From Candidatus Krumholzibacteriota bacterium (GTDB taxonomy: Bacteria > Krumholzibacteriota > Krumholzibacteriia > JAJRXK01), in assembly GCA_963727455.1 (NCBI GenBank), contig CAVSGG010000006.1:1-64000 (forward strand): 64,000 bases of DNA, in the 5' to 3' direction. The translations under genes and the position numbers were made by a program. The notes beneath the pieces are model-generated. The model did not search any database, was not told the origin of the DNA, and saw only the letters and a list, made by a program, of their open reading frames with translations. Shown one piece after another: positions 59,014 through 64,000 of the stretch (positions are counted from its first letter, which is position 1; each line of letters opens with the position of its first letter).

Positions 59014-60924
59014 ATGAAACTCGACAGCAAAGTTCCAGGTGGGCCGATCGAGGAAAAGTGGGACCAGCATCGCTTCGACATGAAGCTGGTCAACCCGGCC
59101 AACAAACGGAAATTCTCGGTGATCGTGGTCGGCACCGGTCTGGCCGGCGCATCCGCCGCGGCATCCCTGGCCGAACTGGGATACGAAGTGAAGAGCTTCT
59201 GTTTCCAGGATTCTCCACGCCGCGCCCACAGCATCGCAGCGCAGGGCGGCATCAACGCGGCGAAGAACTATCCCAACGACGGCGATAGTATCTACCGGCT
59301 CTTCTACGACACGGTGAAGGGTGGAGACTTCCGTAGTCGCGAAGCCAACGTGTATCGCCTGGCGCAGGTGAGCAACAACATCATCGATCAGTGCGTGGCC
59401 CAAGGCGTGCCCTTCGCGCGCGAGTACGGCGGTATGTTGGCCACCCGCTCCTTCGGCGGCGCGCAGGTTTCTCGCACCTTCTACGCGCGGGGACAAACGG
59501 GGCAGCAACTGCTACTGGGAGCCTACGGCGCGCTGAATCGGCAGATCCGCGCCGGCAAGGTGAAGATGTATCCCCGCACCGAGATGCTCGATCTGGTGGT
59601 AGTGAACGGCAGGGCGCGCGGTATCGTGGTGCGCGACCTGGTAACGGGAAAAATCGAATGCCATGCAGCGCATGCGGTTCTCCTCGCCACTGGCGGCTAT
59701 TCGCCGGTGTTCTACCTCAGCACGAACGCAATGAACTGCAACGTGAACGCGGCCTTCCGTGCCCACAAGAAGGGCGCGGCTTTCGCCAATCCGTGCTACA
59801 CGCAAATCCATCCCACCTGCATTCCGGTGCACGGCGAACGTCAGAGTAAGCTGACGCTCATGAGCGAGTCGCTGCGCAACGATGGGCGGGTATGGGTGAG
59901 CAAGAAAGTAAACGACAACCGCAAGCCGGGCGAGATTCCCGAGAACGAACGCGACTATTATCTGGAGCGCAAGTACCCCAGCTTCGGCAACCTGGCGCCC
60001 CGCGACGTTTCCTCGCGCTCGGCGAAGGAAGTCTGTGACGAGGGAAGGGGCATCGGTGGAGGCAATGCGGTCTACCTCGACTTCAAGGACGCGATCGCCC
60101 GCCTGGGCAAGGACGTCATCGAGGCGCGCTACGGAAATCTTTTCGAGATGTACCAGCGCATCACCGACGAGAATCCCTACGAAGTGCCCATGCGCATCTT
60201 CCCCGCGCCCCACTACACCATGGGTGGACTTTGGGTGGACTACCATCTCATGAGCACCATTCCAGGCCTGCACGTGCTGGGCGAGGCGAACTTCTCCGAC
60301 CACGGCGCGAATCGTCTGGGAGCCAGCGCCCTCATGCAGGGACTGGCCGATGGTTACTTCGTCATTCCCTACACCCTGGGCCACTACCTGGCGTCGACCT
60401 CATTGGAAGAGGTGAACACTTCGCACCCAGCTTTCGCCGAGGCCGAAGGCGCGGCGCGTGATCGCCTGCTCAAGCTGCTGGGAATTGGCGGCAAGCGCAG
60501 CAGCGACGAGTTCCACAAGAAGCTGGGTCGCATCCTGTGGGAGTACTGCGGTCTCGCGCGCAGCGAAGAGGGATTGAAGAAGGCGCTTCAGCTCATTCCC
60601 GAGCTGCGAGGGGAATTCTGGGAAGACGTGCGCGTGCCGGGTGGAATCGACGAGTTCAATCAGTCGCTGGAGAAGGCGAATCGGGTGGCCGATTTCCTCG
60701 AATTCGCCGAGTTACTCTGCTACGACGCGCTGCAACGCGATGAATCGTGCGGAGCGCATCTCCGGGTGGAACATCAGAGCGACGAGGGAGAGGCCGTCCG
60801 CAACGATGAGGAGTACGCCTACGTCGCGGCCTGGGAATACAAGGGTCCGGGCGAGAGACCCGAGCTCCACAAGGAATCTCTCGAGTTCGAGAACGTGAAA
60901 CTCGCAACACGGAGTTACAAGTGA
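59014..60924 (+). CDS. sdhA: Succinate dehydrogenase / fumarate reductase flavoprotein
   Basis: [36 protein letters not shown]. Confidence 0.95.
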   Translation: MKLDSKVPGGPIEEKWDQHRFDMKLVNPANKRKFSVIVVGTGLAGASAAASLAELGYEVKSFCFQDSPRRAHSIAAQGGINAAKNYPNDGDSIYRLFYDTVKGGDFRSREANVYRLAQVSNNIIDQCVAQGVPFAREYGGMLATRSFGGAQVSRTFYARGQTGQQLLLGAYGALNRQIRAGKVKMYPRTEMLDLVVVNGRARGIVVRDLVTGKIECHAAHAVLLATGGYSPVFYLSTNAMNCNVNAAFRAHKKGAAFANPCYTQIHPTCIPVHGERQSKLTLMSESLRNDGRVWVSKKVNDNRKPGEIPENERDYYLERKYPSFGNLAPRDVSSRSAKEVCDEGRGIGGGNAVYLDFKDAIARLGKDVIEARYGNLFEMYQRITDENPYEVPMRIFPAPHYTMGGLWVDYHLMSTIPGLHVLGEANFSDHGANRLGASALMQGLADGYFVIPYTLGHYLASTSLEEVNTSHPAFAEAEGAARDRLLKLLGIGGKRSSDEFHKKLGRILWEYCGLARSEEGLKKALQLIPELRGEFWEDVRVPGGIDEFNQSLEKANRVADFLEFAELLCYDALQRDESCGAHLRVEHQSDEGEAVRNDEEYAYVAAWEYKGPGERPELHKESLEFENVKLATRSYK

Positions 60925-61673
60925 TGGACGTCAAGCTGAAGATCTGGCGGCAGAAGGGACCGAAGGAGAAGGGCGGCTTCGTCAGCTACGAAATGAAGAA
61001 CGTCTCTCCTGACCAGTCGTTTTTGGAAATGCTCGACGACCTGAACGTGAAACTCACGCACGAGGGCGAGGATCCGGTAGCCTTCGATCACGATTGCCGC
61101 GAGGGAATCTGTGGAATGTGTAGCCTGGTCATCAATGGCCGTCCTCATGGCCCCATGAAGGAGACCACCACCTGCCAGGTGCACATGCGCACCTACAAGG
61201 ATGGAGACACGATCACCATCGAGCCCTTTCGGGCACGCGGATTTCCCATCATCAAGGACCTCGTCATCGATCGGACTTCCTTCGATCGTATTCTGCAGGC
61301 TGGAGGCTACGTCTCCGTAGGCACCGGCAGTCCCCAGGACGCCAACGCCACGCCGATCCACAAGGACGAGAGCGACCTCGCAATGGACGCAGCCGCCTGT
61401 ATCGGCTGCGGAGCCTGTGTGGCCTCCTGCCCCAACGCGAGCGCGATGCTATTTGTGGCCGCCAAAGTGAGCCACTTGGGGCTCCTTCCGCAGGGCCAGC
61501 TCGAACGGAAGGAACGGGTGGCGAAAATGGTGGCCCAGATGGATGCGGAAGGCTTCGGGGCCTGCAGCAATCACACCGAATGCGAGGCCGTCTGCCCCAA
61601 GGGCATCAGCATCGACTTCATCGCCATGCTGAATCGCGAGCTCAGCAAGTCGAAACTGAGCGGAGTGAGCTAA
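60924..61673 (+). CDS. sdhB: Succinate dehydrogenase / fumarate reductase Fe-S subunit
   Basis: [33 protein letters not shown]. Confidence 0.95.
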   Translation: MDVKLKIWRQKGPKEKGGFVSYEMKNVSPDQSFLEMLDDLNVKLTHEGEDPVAFDHDCREGICGMCSLVINGRPHGPMKETTTCQVHMRTYKDGDTITIEPFRARGFPIIKDLVIDRTSFDRILQAGGYVSVGTGSPQDANATPIHKDESDLAMDAAACIGCGACVASCPNASAMLFVAAKVSHLGLLPQGQLERKERVAKMVAQMDAEGFGACSNHTECEAVCPKGISIDFIAMLNRELSKSKLSGVS

Positions 61674-61750
61674 TTCGGCGCCCGCAGCTCCAAAGGGGGT
61701 ATTTCCCCCGCCCGAGCGGCTAGCCTCCCCGCGAGCTTTGACTATTTTTA

Positions 61751-61783
61751 GCGGGACTCCCTGAGGGGTCCCGTCCTTCTTCT
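61751..61783 (+). terminator. Possible terminator after sdhCAB
   Basis: GCGGGACTCC/GGGGTCCCGT stem followed by a pyrimidine run. Confidence 0.4.
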
Positions 61784-61810
61784 CCTCCCCGACTATTTAG
61801 CGTGGCTTGC

Positions 61811-62845
61811 ATGGCGAACGAACTACAGGCGATTACCGACGGCCTGGGACGCCCCCTGAAGGATCTTCGTATTTCCGTTACGGATCGTTGCAACTTCCGT
61901 TGCAGCTACTGCATGCCCAACGACGAGTACGACTGGACGCCCAAGAAGGACATTCTGAGCTATGAAGAGGTGGCGCGCCTGTGTTCTCTGCTCTGTCGTT
62001 TGGGGGTGGAGAAAGTTCGCCTGACCGGGGGCGAGCCACTCGTCCGCCAGGATCTGGAGAATCTGGTGGGCATGTTGCGCAAGATACCTGTCCTGAAAGA
62101 CATCAGCCTCACCACCAACGGTGCATTGCTCACCAAGGCGCGCGCGCGCCGGCTCAAGGAGGCAGGGCTAGGTCGCGTGAATATCAGCCTCGACAGCCTT
62201 CGTCCGGAACGTTTCGCGCAAATCAACCGTCGGGGTAAGCTCGCCCAGGTTCTGTCAGGAATCGAGGCCGCCAAAACGGCGGGACTCGGCCCCATCAAGA
62301 TCAACAGTGTCATTCTGCGGGGGATTAACGACGACGAAATCGTCGACCTCTTCGAGTTCGCCCGCCAAGAATCTCTCCAGTTGCGCTTCATCGAATACAT
62401 GGACGTGGGTCAGGCGAACCACTGGGATCTCAGTCGCACCATGACGCAGGCGGAGATTCTGCAGGTCCTCTCGACGCAATTGAAGCTACGCAAGAACGGA
62501 CGCCGGGAGGATCGCGCTCCCGCGATGGAGTTCGTCAGCGAAGAGGGGGATGCCTCCCTCGGGGTGATCGCCTCGGTGAGCGAACCTTTTTGCTCGAGTT
62601 GCTCCCGCGCTCGACTCACTGCCGAAGGACGGCTCGTCACCTGCCTCTTCGCACAGGATGGTTTCGATCTGCGCGGCCCCTTGCGGGAAGGGCAAAGCGA
62701 CGCCGAACTGATGCAGATGATCCAGACAGTTTGGAGTCGACGCGACGACCGCTACAGCGAGGAACGGCTGGAGGCCATTCTCAGCGAGAAGGGTTATGAT
62801 CCGAGCGATCGCAAGAAGATCGAGATGATCCGCCTGGGCGGCTGA
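61811..62845 (+). CDS. moaA: GTP 3',8-cyclase
   Basis: LRISVTDRCNFRCSYCMP, RLTGGEP, FCSSCSRARL...C, C-terminal RLGG. Confidence 0.95.
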   Translation: MANELQAITDGLGRPLKDLRISVTDRCNFRCSYCMPNDEYDWTPKKDILSYEEVARLCSLLCRLGVEKVRLTGGEPLVRQDLENLVGMLRKIPVLKDISLTTNGALLTKARARRLKEAGLGRVNISLDSLRPERFAQINRRGKLAQVLSGIEAAKTAGLGPIKINSVILRGINDDEIVDLFEFARQESLQLRFIEYMDVGQANHWDLSRTMTQAEILQVLSTQLKLRKNGRREDRAPAMEFVSEEGDASLGVIASVSEPFCSSCSRARLTAEGRLVTCLFAQDGFDLRGPLREGQSDAELMQMIQTVWSRRDDRYSEERLEAILSEKGYDPSDRKKIEMIRLGG

Positions 62846-62879
62846 GCCTCACGCTCGCGAAACGCCGCCGCCACTCGCA

Positions 62880-64000
62880 TCACTCTTCGGGGAAGATCTC
62901 ATCCTCGCTACTGGTCACTTGGAAGGCGCGGTGGACACGCGCGAGCTTACGCCGAAGTCCCTTGTTGAGCACCGCGGCGCCGCGTCCGGTATGCGGACGC
63001 CACGCGGCGGAAACTTTCGCTAGGTCCCGGTCGAGTTGCCAGTCGTGACGGTAGCGTCGCCCTTCGAGCGCGATGATCCCCGCGAACTCCTCCGTCGAAA
63101 GCTCGTGACTCGAGAAGTAATCGCGCGCGCGGGTAGAACTGATGAAGGTCTCGTGGATTCTCGCCGCCGCGAAGATCCCATGCATACTTCCTTCTGCGCG
63201 GAGTCCCATGATGGCAAAGAGGGCAACCCGAAAATCGCGAGCACTGTCGAACTCCCTGCCCTGGAGGTCCGACAGACGCGAGGTATTCACGCCCAGTTCT
63301 TCGAGGTGCTGGATTACCTCGCCAGAGATTTCGTAGTGGACAGGACGTACAACCTCTTGCTCGAAGACATTTTGTACGAAGAACAACGAGACGTAGCATA
63401 CCGCGGCAGCCGCGATGGGGGTGATGATCCAACCTCCCGCGATTCCCCGCAGTAGTTTGAGGTTGACGCCGCGCGCTCCTTTCGACAGCCCGATTCCCAA
63501 TACGCCGCCCACCACTGCTTGCGAAGCGGAGACGGGCACCAGGGGCAGCGTGGGAAGGCCGTGCGCGGCCAGCAGATGCTCGAGCGACTCGGAGGCGAAA
63601 AGGTAGAGCACCAGAGCTTCAGAGACGACTACGACCAGCGCCGCCACCGGGGTGAGCCGGAAGATATCGTGCCCCACAGTCTGCATGGTGTGACGTGAAT
63701 ACGTGAAGATTCCTACCGAAATGGCCAAGGAGCCCAAGAGGAAGAGTTGCTGCGCGCTGTCGAGACGAATTCCCGGCAAGAAGGTGGCTGGCTTCAGTTG
63801 GAAGGCCGGAACGAACACTCCCACGACGTTGGCGATGTTGTTGGCGCCCAGTGCCCAAGCCCCCATGGCCCCCACCACGAGAAGCCCCCAGCGCGTGCGA
63901 GAATGGATGGCCAACAAGTGGGTTCGCGTGCTTGACGACCAGCGACGCGCCAGGGTGAAGAGCACCATGGAGAAAAGAGCGGCCAACATGGGACAGACCA
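62880..64000 (-). CDS. PiT-family inorganic phosphate transporter (5'-partial) with C-terminal soluble extension
   Basis: GANNIANVVG, TVG..I, PVSASQAVVGGVLGIG, WIITP. Confidence 0.85.
   Translation of the reverse strand, partial: VCPMLAALFSMVLFTLARRWSSSTRTHLLAIHSRTRWGLLVVGAMGAWALGANNIANVVGVFVPAFQLKPATFLPGIRLDSAQQLFLLGSLAISVGIFTYSRHTMQTVGHDIFRLTPVAALVVVVSEALVLYLFASESLEHLLAAHGLPTLPLVPVSASQAVVGGVLGIGLSKGARGVNLKLLRGIAGGWIITPIAAAAVCYVSLFFVQNVFEQEVVRPVHYEISGEVIQHLEELGVNTSRLSDLQGREFDSARDFRVALFAIMGLRAEGSMHGIFAAARIHETFISSTRARDYFSSHELSTEEFAGIIALEGRRYRHDWQLDRDLAKVSAAWRPHTGRGAAVLNKGLRRKLARVHRAFQVTSSEDEIFPEE

Noticed and set aside
61674-61810. Moco riboswitch upstream of moaA
   Set aside because: Only short hairpins and a GCCTCCC fragment are present; the expected GGAAAC and GGAAAGGAG elements are not seen.

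Overview
GC-rich bacterial chromosomal window with about 40 genes. I saw no rRNA, tRNA, CRISPR array or transposase. Two FlgD-Ig/'PNPFNP' C-terminal sorting domains and an 'S[WF]GxxK' tail suggest an FCB-group candidate phylum such as Krumholzibacteriota, Eisenbacteria or Latescibacterota (inference). From left to right: (i) a purine-degradation-type molybdenum hydroxylase cluster (YgeY-like M20 hydrolase, two PLP fold-II enzymes, SsnA-like amidohydrolase, fused XdhD-like enzyme, three-subunit XDH), split by an islet carrying a secreted beta-helix protein and an array of 16-bp palindromes; (ii) secreted M1 and TPP-II-like S8 peptidases and mqnC; (iii) archaeal-type topoisomerase VI with elbB between its subunits; (iv) an RlmD-family methyltransferase, a squalene/phytoene-synthase-like protein, a 3'-5' exonuclease and alpha-2-macroglobulin; (v) a 1130-aa surface protein with a long structured leader; (vi) an aromatic amino acid decarboxylase, two S9 peptidases and a Ser/Thr kinase-TPR gene flanked by two inverted ~170-180 bp rod hairpins with compensatory base changes; (vii) a yjbQ-moeZ-haem protein-ECF sigma-anti-sigma-TlpA-MddA-like operon, sdhCAB, moaA and a PiT transporter. 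Many genes have single-base frameshifts that look like long-read assembly errors. The strongest novelty candidates are the covarying rod-hairpin pair (50203-53211), the palindrome array (9720-10094) and two unassigned structured RNA candidates (18964-19205 and 40551-40865). All family calls come from motif recognition by eye; no database searches were run.
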